The notes under the pieces were generated by a model that was not told where the DNA came from, ran no database searches, and was given only the letters and a program-made list of their open reading frames with translations. This document shows positions 1 to 9,601 of a stretch of DNA of 43,715 bases, one piece after another. Source of the DNA: Bacteroidales bacterium. Lineage in GTDB: Bacteria; Bacteroidota; Bacteroidia; Bacteroidales; UBA932. The stretch's first letter is position 1, and each line of letters begins with the position of its first letter. Both the position numbers and the translations under genes were made by a program. The DNA lies in NCBI GenBank assembly GCA_022774085.1, contig JALFNZ010000014.1, positions 1 through 43,715 of the forward strand, in the 5' to 3' direction.

Positions 1-186
1 GTCAGCTACGTTGAATTGCATGAGTGAAGCATCACCTCCGTTTGCCAAGATCATATCCCTGACCTGCTCTGCAGCCTCTTTGTTGGACTGATAGTTAATT
101 ATTACAGGTATCCCCATCTGTGAAAGTTTCAGACATACAGCCCTACCCAATCCTCTGGAGCCACCTGTTACCAATGCATATTTCAT
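1..186 (-). CDS. fabG: 3-oxoacyl-ACP reductase (SDR), N-terminal part; truncated at window edge
   Basis: Manual translation from CAT at 184-186: MKYALVTGGSRGLGRAVCLKLSQMGIPVIINYQSNKEAAEQVRDMILANGGDASLMQFNVAD; classic TGxxxGxG Rossmann motif. Not in the ORF track. Confidence 0.8.
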   Translation of the reverse strand, partial: MKYALVTGGSRGLGRAVCLKLSQMGIPVIINYQSNKEAAEQVRDMILANGGDASLMQFNVAD

Positions 187-242
187 ATTATCAATTATAT
201 TTCCCGATTCCTGTGCAAAACGAATATTTATAAAATGGGGAA

Positions 243-323
243 CAAAGATATAATAATTTCACCTATTCAACATAAAATGTTGAGAACTTTATTTGTCACA
301 GGAGGAAATTATCTTTATTTTTG
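243..323. promoter_or_regulatory. Divergent Bacteroidota sigma-A -7 elements for fabG and the GH13 gene
   Basis: CAAAGATA at 243-250 (TATCTTTG on -) and TATTTTTG at 316-323 (+) match TAnnTTTG; palindrome TCAACAT-AAA-ATGTTGA at 267-283 lies between them. Confidence 0.55.
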
Positions 324-341
324 TGAAGATTATTTGTATTT

Positions 342-2015
342 ATGAGCCTTATGGATAAACCTATAATATACCAGATGTTCCCCAGAATCTGGGGCAATTC
401 CTCATCAGCAAATCGAAAGAACGGTACCCTGTCTGAAAACGGAAGCGGTAAGTTTTCAGACATAGACAAGGCGACACTCGAATACCTGAAATGGCTCGGG
501 TGCACCCATGTATGGTTCACAGGCGTAATCAGGCATTCGACAACGGAAAACTGCAACGGATGCCATGCATCCAATCCCCAAATAGTAAAGGGAAGGGCGG
601 GATCTCCTTATGCAATCTGTGACTATTACGACGTAAACCCTTATCTTGCAGAGAATCCGTCCGGAAGGATGGAGGAATTCGAGGCCCTTGTAAGCAGGAG
701 TCACGAAGCAGGCCTTAAAGTCATACTTGATTTTGTTCCAAATCATGTGGCAAGGGATTATGGTCAGATTTCCCCGGTTCCGGGGCATCCTGTACTGGGA
801 GCCGATGATGACAATTCTGTGCATTGGAAATCTGAAAATGATTTTTTCTATTATCCCGGCACCCCTCTGACCCTCCCTGTCGCTCCAGATAGTAAGATAG
901 GGCCTTTCATAGAGAATCCGGCAAAGGCTACGGGAAACAACTGCTACAGTCCTGCACCTGGCATGAACGACTGGTATGAGACCGTCAAGATCAACTACGG
1001 TGACGACCACACTTCCACATGGGACAAGATGGCCGATATCATTGAATTCTGGGCAGGGAAGGGAGTTGACGGATTCAGGTGCGACATGGTCGAACTGGTG
1101 CCACCGGCATTTTTCACCTGGCTCATCAGAAAAGCTAAATCAGAGCATCCCGAACTGATTTTCATAGCAGAGGTTTATAAGAAAGACCTCTATTCTCAAT
1201 ACATCCGCGAGGTCGGATTCGACTATCTTTACGACAAGTCAGGGCTTTATGATACTCTCCGTACCATCGTAGAAAAGAACAACGGAGATGATTTCATGCC
1301 TGTGGAGCTTTGGCAGTCAACTGCCGGAATTACAAGGAACTGGCAGTATCTTGGTGATTTGCAACCATATATGCTGAATTTCATCGAGAATCATGATGAG
1401 CAGCGTTTTGCATCGGAGTTCTTTGGCAGAAATCCTCGGCACATGATGGCTCCGCTATATGTTTCCCTCTTGTTCAATACTGCTCCTTTCATGATTTACT
1501 TCGGTCAGGAAGTGGGTGAAGCCGGCATGGATGAGGAAGGATTCAGCGGAAAAGACGGCAGGACAACCATTTTCGACTGGTGGAGCATCGGATCTGTTCG
1601 CAGACTTAGAAAAGTCATCAGCTGTGGGGCATATGCAAGTCTTGATGTTGAGAAGATTGCCCAGGCAGGACTCGAACGGACTGAAGCCGAAGTGTTCGTA
1701 CGTTTCGCCAAAGCTATCCGCTTTGCAGCTTCTGACGAGGCAATACTGAAAGGGACTACTTACGATTTGTGCTATTGCAACTATAGTTCGGAAGGCTTCG
1801 ACAAAAACAGGCATTTTGCTTTTCTAAGGGACTTTAAAGACCATACAGTACTTGTGGCAGCCAATTTCTCTGAACAGGATACAGAGATGGAACTAAAGAT
1901 TCCGCCTCACGCCTTCGAATGGATGGAACTCCCTGTGACAGAAACACTTAACCCTGACAAAGCAGTCAGGGTCGCAGTTCCGTCGCATGATGCAGTCATG
2001 CTTACTCTTATCTAA
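342..2015 (+). CDS. GH13 alpha-amylase-family glycosidase (alpha-glucosidase-like, cytoplasmic)
   Basis: 557 aa; GH13 conserved regions DFVPNH, GFRCDMVE (nucleophile Asp), FIAEVY (acid/base Glu), FIENHDE; no signal peptide. Confidence 0.9.
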   Translation: MSLMDKPIIYQMFPRIWGNSSSANRKNGTLSENGSGKFSDIDKATLEYLKWLGCTHVWFTGVIRHSTTENCNGCHASNPQIVKGRAGSPYAICDYYDVNPYLAENPSGRMEEFEALVSRSHEAGLKVILDFVPNHVARDYGQISPVPGHPVLGADDDNSVHWKSENDFFYYPGTPLTLPVAPDSKIGPFIENPAKATGNNCYSPAPGMNDWYETVKINYGDDHTSTWDKMADIIEFWAGKGVDGFRCDMVELVPPAFFTWLIRKAKSEHPELIFIAEVYKKDLYSQYIREVGFDYLYDKSGLYDTLRTIVEKNNGDDFMPVELWQSTAGITRNWQYLGDLQPYMLNFIENHDEQRFASEFFGRNPRHMMAPLYVSLLFNTAPFMIYFGQEVGEAGMDEEGFSGKDGRTTIFDWWSIGSVRRLRKVISCGAYASLDVEKIAQAGLERTEAEVFVRFAKAIRFAASDEAILKGTTYDLCYCNYSSEGFDKNRHFAFLRDFKDHTVLVAANFSEQDTEMELKIPPHAFEWMELPVTETLNPDKAVRVAVPSHDAVMLTLI

Positions 2016-2025
2016 GGTTGAAGTC

Positions 2026-5013
2026 TTAGATTCCGACGATTGCACTTCCGCTGGAGCGGTCAATGTAGGCAACCACCTCTTGAGATAACTCAATGAGTTT
2101 CACCCATTTGCTTTCACTTATGCAAGGCATTGCATCAAGTGCGGCAAAGTCTATGCTTCCGTCACCGGCGACCGTATCCACCGTCAGGTAACCGACTCCG
2201 AGGGAGGTGATGTTCTGGAAGAAATGGGTACCCTGACTCGGCTCTATTCTATAACCGGGAATGGCACATTCGACAATAAGCCTTGCCTCAGAAATATCGC
2301 TCCAGGCAACAGGAACGCCAAGCCATGGGTCTGAAGAACCCCATCTGCCAGGACCGACCAGCAGATATCCGCCCTTCCTGCCCTTCATTTCAGTGTTCAG
2401 ACGAGAGATTTCCTGAGCCATCTCGTTAGTATGGGCACTGTCGAAATTCTGCGGTGGCAGGTATATGATGTGACTGATGCCGGTTATCGCACCGGAGCCA
2501 AGTGCCTTTTGCGAGGTGACCAGCTCCGTTGAGATTCTTGAGCGTATCTGCTCCATATCAGCCTCGCTGTCCTTGAAGTATTCACCTACAGGTCTGACTT
2601 GCAGGAGTTTGAGCACAAGTTCCTGTCCATCAGATCCTCTCACGGTATCAGCAGCGAATTCCATCTCCACATCACACATAAGTTCATTGCGGCATATTTC
2701 GAGAATATCCCTGATTATGGCAGCCAGAGGGAAACGTCCGTATCTGAGAATGGAATCAAATGAGACCACACGCGGTCCTCGGGCAGAAACACCAGGAACC
2801 ATCCTGTTGTTCTCTATGCTGAATGTGGATGCAACCAGCTCAGGATGAGGATATTTCTCAATCTGTTCAGCTATTGGCAGATGGGCAAGGTTAATCCCTT
2901 CATTTCTCGAAATCTTGAATGCTCCGGGCCTCAGATCGAGGGCATACATCATCTTCTGCGTATCCCTTAGTGCAAGTTTCGGGTCTGACAGCTGAAGAAT
3001 CTTCTTCGGGAACTTCGGATTGAATCTCAGTGTGCAGCCTCCATCCACAACAGTCTTTCCAAGACCGAATGCAAGGTTCACTATTCCGTCTTCTGCCTTC
3101 TCGCTGCCAATCGGATAGAAATTCACCGAACGTGCGACTCCTGAAAGCAGGGGATAGTAAAGCCCGTCATGCTCGGTACCACAGATACTCTGGACAATAA
3201 CAGCCATTTTTTCCTCACTCAGAAGATTTGCCGTTGTCTGGATATAAGTCCTGCTTCCTACATAATAAACCGAAGCATAGACACTCTTGATTGCCTTCTC
3301 AAGCATACGGAGCATCTGGTCCTTATTCTCGACCAAAGGTATCATATACGTGGAGTAAACTCCGGCAAATGGCTGATAATTACTGTCTTCCAGTTTTGAA
3401 CTTGAACGCACGGCAAGAGGTGAAGTAGCAGTTGCCACAAACACTCTCAGTTGTTCCACAAGCTCTTCCGGCAGACGGGAAGACACGAACTCCGAAAGTA
3501 CATCCTCATCTGAAATATCCGAATCTATCACATATTGGAGACCGTTTTCAATTATGAACTGGTCAAAATAGTCCGTGGCTACTACGATAGTGCGAGGTAT
3601 GGAAATCCTAACATTTTCATATTTGGCTGCAAGGGAATGCTTGTAAACCAAGCTGTTAAGAAATGCCAGGCCCCTTGCTTTCCCACCTAGGGAACCTTCA
3701 CCCATCCTTGCGAACCAGATATATCTCTCGTAACCGTTCATGTCGAAATGGGCAATGACTCCACGGCCGGTCAGTGCATGAAAATCATGAATCTGCTGGC
3801 TCACATAGTTCCTCAAATCTGTGGTAGTAGGGAAGTGGCTGCCCTGCACGGACTTGAACAGAGTACCAAGCGTGAAAAGTCCTCTGGCCATGAACCATTT
3901 GGAGAACATATTCTTGGAAGTATTGTGCAGAAGTACCTCATCCGGAACCTCCCTAATCCGTTCTTCGAACTCTTTCAGATTGACTGCACGTCCATATTCC
4001 ACATTATCCGGACCTCTGAAGACAAAGTCTCCGAAACCGAATTCCTCTCCAATATAATCCGAAAGCTGGAGCATCAGAGTCTTTGACCATTTGCGAAGGA
4101 AACCCACTCCAAGTTCTTTGGCAATGTCAGCCATGCTCTCCTGTGAAGACTGAAGAAGTATCGGCATGAAAGGATCATCCTGTCTGATATGTCTGACAAG
4201 GTCGATACCGGCATCCAGTTTCTCATCTTCCGCCCTGTCCTCCTTATGTACTGTGAATCCCACGTCAGAAATGACTCCGAGCAAGTTGGACTTGTACTTG
4301 GTGTACATGCTGATGGCATCGTCGTAGTTGGTTGCAAGCAGGATTTTCGGACGGGAACGCTTGCGGAACTTCCGCTGGTGCTCATTCAGTGTCTCCTTGA
4401 GGAATTCGGAGCTCTGTTTGAGCACTAGTTTATACAGTTCAGGAAGATAGGTCGAATAGTACCTGACAGAATCCTCTACAAGGAGAATGGCCTGTACACC
4501 TACCTTCAGAATGTCGTTCTCGGCATTTTTCAAGTCCTCGAACAGTTTTACAATTGCCACAATCAGGTCTGCATTTCCATGCCAGCTGAACACATAGTCA
4601 ACCGCAGAAGTGTCCTGTGCCTGAAGTCTCCTGTATATTTCCTTGGAAAAATGTGTCAGAAGTACAAATGGGATTTTCCTCTCGCCCTGTTTTATGGAAT
4701 TGGCAAGGGAAAGCACCTCATTGTCAGCAAAGTTGTACATGCAGATAACCATATCAATGTCAGAATTGCCTTCAAGTACCCTACGGGCCTGCTCCGAATC
4801 CGTCACCCATACGAATTTTGGCGGATTGCTCAAGTTCAGGTCAAGGTACTCCTTATATATCTGGCTTTCAATCTGACCGTCCTCCTCGAGAATGAAGGCG
4901 TCATAATGGCTGCATATCATCAGAATCTTCCTGATTCTGAATTTAATAAGTGAAAGGTAATCGGTGTCGTTAAGTTCTTTGAGCAGTACCGGTTCAATAG
5001 TGTTCATGGTCAA
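2026..5013 (-). CDS. Receiver-domain / PEP-synthase (PPDK_N ATP-grasp) domain protein
   Basis: 995 aa; N-terminal REC-like domains (ILLVEDS...GVISDVGF...LLQSS...FLRK), PPDK_N motifs GGKARGLAF, PLAVRSSS, FAGVYST, LLQVRP; C-terminal PSQGTHFFQN. Confidence 0.85.
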   Translation of the reverse strand: MTMNTIEPVLLKELNDTDYLSLIKFRIRKILMICSHYDAFILEEDGQIESQIYKEYLDLNLSNPPKFVWVTDSEQARRVLEGNSDIDMVICMYNFADNEVLSLANSIKQGERKIPFVLLTHFSKEIYRRLQAQDTSAVDYVFSWHGNADLIVAIVKLFEDLKNAENDILKVGVQAILLVEDSVRYYSTYLPELYKLVLKQSSEFLKETLNEHQRKFRKRSRPKILLATNYDDAISMYTKYKSNLLGVISDVGFTVHKEDRAEDEKLDAGIDLVRHIRQDDPFMPILLQSSQESMADIAKELGVGFLRKWSKTLMLQLSDYIGEEFGFGDFVFRGPDNVEYGRAVNLKEFEERIREVPDEVLLHNTSKNMFSKWFMARGLFTLGTLFKSVQGSHFPTTTDLRNYVSQQIHDFHALTGRGVIAHFDMNGYERYIWFARMGEGSLGGKARGLAFLNSLVYKHSLAAKYENVRISIPRTIVVATDYFDQFIIENGLQYVIDSDISDEDVLSEFVSSRLPEELVEQLRVFVATATSPLAVRSSSKLEDSNYQPFAGVYSTYMIPLVENKDQMLRMLEKAIKSVYASVYYVGSRTYIQTTANLLSEEKMAVIVQSICGTEHDGLYYPLLSGVARSVNFYPIGSEKAEDGIVNLAFGLGKTVVDGGCTLRFNPKFPKKILQLSDPKLALRDTQKMMYALDLRPGAFKISRNEGINLAHLPIAEQIEKYPHPELVASTFSIENNRMVPGVSARGPRVVSFDSILRYGRFPLAAIIRDILEICRNELMCDVEMEFAADTVRGSDGQELVLKLLQVRPVGEYFKDSEADMEQIRSRISTELVTSQKALGSGAITGISHIIYLPPQNFDSAHTNEMAQEISRLNTEMKGRKGGYLLVGPGRWGSSDPWLGVPVAWSDISEARLIVECAIPGYRIEPSQGTHFFQNITSLGVGYLTVDTVAGDGSIDFAALDAMPCISESKWVKLIELSQEVVAYIDRSSGSAIVGI

Positions 5014-5026
5014 TGTTCTTTAGGGA

Positions 5027-5788
5027 CTAAGCCGTAATGATTCTTCTCCTAAATTCAGCAAGAGTGATTGCAGTGGCTACAGCTGCATTCAATGATTCCG
5101 AACCTTGTCTGTCTGAAGGGAACGGAGGAATGAAAAGTCTGTCAGAAACCAGCTTTCCGATTTGTTCGGATATGCCTTCAGATTCATTTCCCGTGACAAT
5201 CATCACCGGGGAATTCTCTCCTGTTTCAAGTTCTCTTGAATATATGTTCCTGCCGTCAAGAAAAGTTCCATAGACCTTGCCTGATGCTTTCAATATTCTT
5301 TCAGAGAGCATTGGCAGGGAAACATAATGGAATCTGACCCTGAATATAGCCCCCATGGTAGCCTGAACGGTCTTCGGATTGAAAAGATCGACAGTATCAG
5401 CAGAGGCGAATACGGCATCGGCTCCGAACCAGTCAGCAATACGGATTATGGTTCCCAGATTACCGGGATCGCGTATTGAATCAAGACCTATGTAGAAACC
5501 TTTATTACCGATAAGCCTGTCCAGTTCGGCGACCGAATCTGGAGCAATGTCCGATGGCTTTCGCACTACGGCAAGAACAGGGGAAGGGGAGGAAAGGCTG
5601 CTGATCTTCTTCATGGCCTCTTCTCCGATTTCTTCTTTCCTATAAACAGATTCAACGGAAAAAGCGGAAGCCAAAGCTTCCGCAACCATTTTTTCGCCTT
5701 CCACGACAAACAGCCCCGATTCATCACGGAACTTTTTCTGTTGCAGAGAGCGTATCCTTTTTATCTCGTTATTTGATATAGTTAACAT
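5027..5788 (-). CDS. TrmH/SpoU-family RNA 2'-O-methyltransferase
   Basis: SPOUT motifs DPGNLGTIIRIADWFG, GNESEGI, ESLNAAVA; start placed at ATG 5788 (MLTISNNEIK). Confidence 0.9.
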   Translation of the reverse strand: MLTISNNEIKRIRSLQQKKFRDESGLFVVEGEKMVAEALASAFSVESVYRKEEIGEEAMKKISSLSSPSPVLAVVRKPSDIAPDSVAELDRLIGNKGFYIGLDSIRDPGNLGTIIRIADWFGADAVFASADTVDLFNPKTVQATMGAIFRVRFHYVSLPMLSERILKASGKVYGTFLDGRNIYSRELETGENSPVMIVTGNESEGISEQIGKLVSDRLFIPPFPSDRQGSESLNAAVATAITLAEFRRRIITA

Positions 5789-5795
5789 AAAAATA

Positions 5796-7190
5796 CTAAT
5801 AACCAAGAATTTTCAACATGGATTTATATGTCTGCTCCTTGCTGAAGAGCTTGGTGGTATAGTTGCCGTCCTCATCCTTGTCGATAATGATATGTTTCGG
5901 AGCAGGCTGAAGACAGTGCTGGATTCCACCATAACCTGATATTGATTCCTGATATGCACCAGTATGGAAAAAGCCGATGTAGAGAGGTTCCTCCTTGTCA
6001 TCTGTAATAGGAAGATAAATGGCATTGGCATGCGCATCTGCATTGTAGTAATCCTGGCTGTCACAAGTAAGGCCTCCAAGGAATACCCTCTGATATTTTT
6101 CATTCCACTTGTTTATAGGGAGGAGAATGAATTTCTGCTTGATTCCCCAAGTATCAGGAAGGGTCACCATGAACGAGCTGTCAATCATATACCATCTTTC
6201 CCTATCATTCTGCTGCTTCATGTCAAGAATCTGGAATATAGTCGCTCCGGATTCACCGACTGTGAAGCTTCCGAATTCAGTGAATATGTTCGGCTCGGCA
6301 ACTCCGCGTGCATTACACATGATTTTGATCTGAGAAATGATCTCCTCTGCCATATACTCGTAATCAAAATCACTTGCAAGTGAATTCTTGATAGGAAAGC
6401 CTCCTCCGATATTGAGAGAATCCAGCTCCGGACAAATCATCTTAAGGTCGCAATAAACTCCGACGCATTTGGCAAGCTCATTCCAATAATAAGCCGTATC
6501 ACGCATTCCGGTGTTGATGAAGAAATGCAGCATCTTCAGAGTGAACTTCTTGCTCTTGCTGATCATGTTCTCATAGAAAGGCACGATGTCGCTGTATCTG
6601 ATTCCAAGACGTGAAGTATAGAAATCAAAGGTAGGATCCTCCTCGGAAGCGATGCGGATACCAATGTTGATAGGATGCTCCACAAGTTTGTCAAGCGCTT
6701 CGAGCTCGTGCATGTTGTCCAGAATCGGAATGATGTTCTTCCAACCGTTGTTTGCAAAATTAGCTATGTTTTCAATGTAGGCAGGCTTCTTGAAACCGTT
6801 GCAGATGATATACTGGTCACGATTCACTGCTCCTTCTGCTTCGAGGGCTTCAATCAGATTCAAATCGAAAGCTGAAGAAGTCTCAAGATGTATGTCATTC
6901 TTGAGCGCTTCTGTCAGGACAAACTCAAAATGCGAACTTTTTGTACAATAACAATAATTATAGGAGCCTTTGTAGTCAACCTTGGCCATCGCCACATTGA
7001 ACATCCTTTTGGCCCTTTGTATCTGTGATGATATTTTCGGCAGATATGTTATCTTCAGCGGAGTTCCATACTGATTGATTATATCCATCATATTAATATC
7101 ATGGAAATAGAGTTCGCCGTCTTCAACATTGAACTCATCCTGCGGAAACTCGAAAGTCTGATCAATCAAATCAATGTACTTGTTCTTCAT
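5796..7190 (-). CDS. speA: Arginine decarboxylase-like fold type III PLP decarboxylase (short, 464 aa form)
   Basis: YCTKSS (PLP Lys), LNIGGGF, EFGSF, GLTCDSQD, GAYQE motifs of the Orn/DAP/Arg decarboxylase family. Confidence 0.75.
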   Translation of the reverse strand: MKNKYIDLIDQTFEFPQDEFNVEDGELYFHDINMMDIINQYGTPLKITYLPKISSQIQRAKRMFNVAMAKVDYKGSYNYCYCTKSSHFEFVLTEALKNDIHLETSSAFDLNLIEALEAEGAVNRDQYIICNGFKKPAYIENIANFANNGWKNIIPILDNMHELEALDKLVEHPINIGIRIASEEDPTFDFYTSRLGIRYSDIVPFYENMISKSKKFTLKMLHFFINTGMRDTAYYWNELAKCVGVYCDLKMICPELDSLNIGGGFPIKNSLASDFDYEYMAEEIISQIKIMCNARGVAEPNIFTEFGSFTVGESGATIFQILDMKQQNDRERWYMIDSSFMVTLPDTWGIKQKFILLPINKWNEKYQRVFLGGLTCDSQDYYNADAHANAIYLPITDDKEEPLYIGFFHTGAYQESISGYGGIQHCLQPAPKHIIIDKDEDGNYTTKLFSKEQTYKSMLKILGY

Positions 7191-7319
7191 TTTGCAAATT
7201 CAATTAAGTCAGTTTGTCTAAAAATAACTAATCCGTCTCACCCGGATGCACAAAATTGGCACAAATATATCATTAATATTGATATTCTGGACTATATAGA
7301 TGTAATTTTACCTCATTTT

Positions 7320-7351
7320 TTTGTGAAAATGACAGTTTAGAGATAAATTTG
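7320..7351 (+). promoter_or_regulatory. Bacteroidota sigma-A promoter (-33/-7) for tamL
   Basis: TTTG (7320-7323)-N20-TAAATTTG (7344-7351), full consensus. The divergent speA -7 element CAAATATA is at 7262-7269. Confidence 0.7.
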
Positions 7352-7378
7352 CATGGTACAAAATAGGTTGATACATAA

Positions 7379-9565
7379 ATGAAACTTGGAAGAACAATAA
7401 TCTTCCTGTTAACCGCAGCCATGACAGCGGTATCCTGCAGCACCACGCGAGTACTGCAGGAGGGGGAGTACAGACTGGCCAGGAACAAGATTGAGGTAAG
7501 CGGAGAGAAAAACTTCAATGCAGGAAAACTTGAACCATATATAAAGCAGAAAGCCAATACCTACCTAATTTTCGGCTGGAACCCATTCTTAAACATATAT
7601 AACTGGTCCAATGGCAAAGGAAAAGGATGGGACAAATTTGTTCAGAAAATCGGAGTCGCCCCGATTGTTTATGAATCAGAGTTAGTGGATAAATCAATTG
7701 AGAGCCTTACGAACCATCTTGAGTATCTCGGATATTATGATTCCAAGGTTGTCAGCGAGATCAATGTTAAGAAAAGAAGAGTTTATGTGACATATAAAGT
7801 AGATCTCGGAAACCGGATTCCAATCGGTGACATAATCCTTACTCTGCCGCCTGAAGGTGATTTTACAGAGACATTCCTCAAGGATACCTCCGCGATAACC
7901 ATCCGTAAAGGCGATTATCTGTCAGAGGCGGCCCTCGAGGCTGAGACTGAAAGAGCAGCTACAAAGATGCGCAACCAAGGCTTCTACAATTTCAACAAGA
8001 ACTATTTTTTCTTCGAAGCCGATACTCTTGATTCCAAGGATAGCGCCGTCCTTAGATATACAATCAACGAATATACAAGGAACGACACTAAAAGAATGGC
8101 CTCTCCAATCAGGAAATTCTATATAGACAAAGTCAATATCGAATATCCCAAAAACCTGAAAATCAGAGAGAAAATTTTGAGGGAGCTTAACACTATCGTG
8201 CCGGGGAATGTATATAATGCAGATATCGTAAACAGCACTTATTCGAGATTGTCCTCCCTGAAAGTCTTCAGCAGCGTCAACATCGGCATGACCCAGTCCG
8301 ATGTTGATAAGGTTGACTGCCAAATTTCGCTGGCCCAGTCCAAACTCCAGGGATTCAAGATCAACCTTGAAGCGTCTTCAAATTCCTCAGGTCTGATAGG
8401 CATTTCACCTCAGATATCATATTTCCATAAGAACATATTCAGGGGAGGCGAGTGGCTAAACCTGAGTTTCATCGGGAACTTCCAGAAGAAGTTCAAATCA
8501 TCTGTCCGATCCAACGAATTTGGTGTATCTGCAAGCCTGAGTTTTCCTAATTTCTTCCCTCTTCCGTACAGATATTTTAAAGGTGCTATTCCGCGCACTG
8601 ATGTAAGCATGTCCTACAATTATCAAAGTCGTCCGGAATATACAAGAAACATCATTTCAACCTCTTACGGATATAATGGAAACGTCAGGAACAGATTTTT
8701 CTATCAGGTTTTTCCGCTCCAGCTGAACATCGTGCAGCTTTCAAAACTGGATGCCGACTTCATCGACAACCTTGAAAAAGACCCGTTCCTGTTCAATGCT
8801 TATCAAAACCACTTCGATTTCGGAAGCGGAGCCACATTGTATTATACAACCAATGCTGAAACAATCCCGACAAACAGCTACTTCTATACAAGGCTACAGT
8901 TTGACATTGCTGGAAACCTGCTCAGCGCCTTCAACCCTCTCATGAGTGAAAACGAACAGGGGGAAAAAGTCATATGGGACACTCCATACTCGCAATTCGT
9001 ACGTGCTGAGCTTACTCTCGGAAGAACATGGATTTTCGGCAAGAAGAGCGGGCAGTCAGTGGCTATGCGTCTTGTTGCAGGTGCCGGCTATGCATATGGC
9101 AACTCGACTGCGCTTCCGTTCGAGAAGCATTTCTATGGGGGTGGTGCAAACAGTCTCAGAGGATGGCAGGTCAGAAGCATCGGTCCGGGATGCGACAGCC
9201 TTGATACGTCTTTTGTCATCCCCAACCAGTCCGGTGACATGAAACTGGAATTCAATGCAGAATACCGTTTCCGCATGTTCTGGAAAGTTGAAGGTGCGGT
9301 ATTCGCAGACATAGGAAATATCTGGTCATTACGCAGGAAGGCAGAAATTGATGATACCGGAATATTCACATTCAAGAATTTCGGCAAAAGCATCGCGGCA
9401 GACTGGGGTGCAGGTGTGAGGCTCAACCTTGGATTCCTGCTCCTGCGTGTGGATCTGGGTATGAAAGTGCATGACCCTTCAAGAAGCCAGGCATGGGTAA
9501 ATCCTGGACAATGGCTCAAAAAAGGCAACTATACCCTGCATTTTGGTGTGGGCTATCCTTTCTGA
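7379..9565 (+). CDS. tamL: Omp85/BamA-TamA family outer membrane lipoprotein (TamL-like)
   Basis: 728 aa; lipoprotein signal (AVSC), POTRA-like N-terminus, GGANSLRGW motif, C-terminal beta-signal FGVGYPF. Confidence 0.8.
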   Translation: MKLGRTIIFLLTAAMTAVSCSTTRVLQEGEYRLARNKIEVSGEKNFNAGKLEPYIKQKANTYLIFGWNPFLNIYNWSNGKGKGWDKFVQKIGVAPIVYESELVDKSIESLTNHLEYLGYYDSKVVSEINVKKRRVYVTYKVDLGNRIPIGDIILTLPPEGDFTETFLKDTSAITIRKGDYLSEAALEAETERAATKMRNQGFYNFNKNYFFFEADTLDSKDSAVLRYTINEYTRNDTKRMASPIRKFYIDKVNIEYPKNLKIREKILRELNTIVPGNVYNADIVNSTYSRLSSLKVFSSVNIGMTQSDVDKVDCQISLAQSKLQGFKINLEASSNSSGLIGISPQISYFHKNIFRGGEWLNLSFIGNFQKKFKSSVRSNEFGVSASLSFPNFFPLPYRYFKGAIPRTDVSMSYNYQSRPEYTRNIISTSYGYNGNVRNRFFYQVFPLQLNIVQLSKLDADFIDNLEKDPFLFNAYQNHFDFGSGATLYYTTNAETIPTNSYFYTRLQFDIAGNLLSAFNPLMSENEQGEKVIWDTPYSQFVRAELTLGRTWIFGKKSGQSVAMRLVAGAGYAYGNSTALPFEKHFYGGGANSLRGWQVRSIGPGCDSLDTSFVIPNQSGDMKLEFNAEYRFRMFWKVEGAVFADIGNIWSLRRKAEIDDTGIFTFKNFGKSIAADWGAGVRLNLGFLLLRVDLGMKVHDPSRSQAWVNPGQWLKKGNYTLHFGVGYPF

Positions 9566-9601
9566 CAAAGGTCCGGAACAGTTCGATAATCATCATTCAG
9601 A

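Noticed and set aside
141-5588. KOPS-like GGGNAGGG octamers (590, 1051, 1056, 5581 on +) pointing toward the dif-like site
   Set aside because: One opposite copy lies at 141-148, my search was not exhaustive, and the motif is not established for Bacteroidota.
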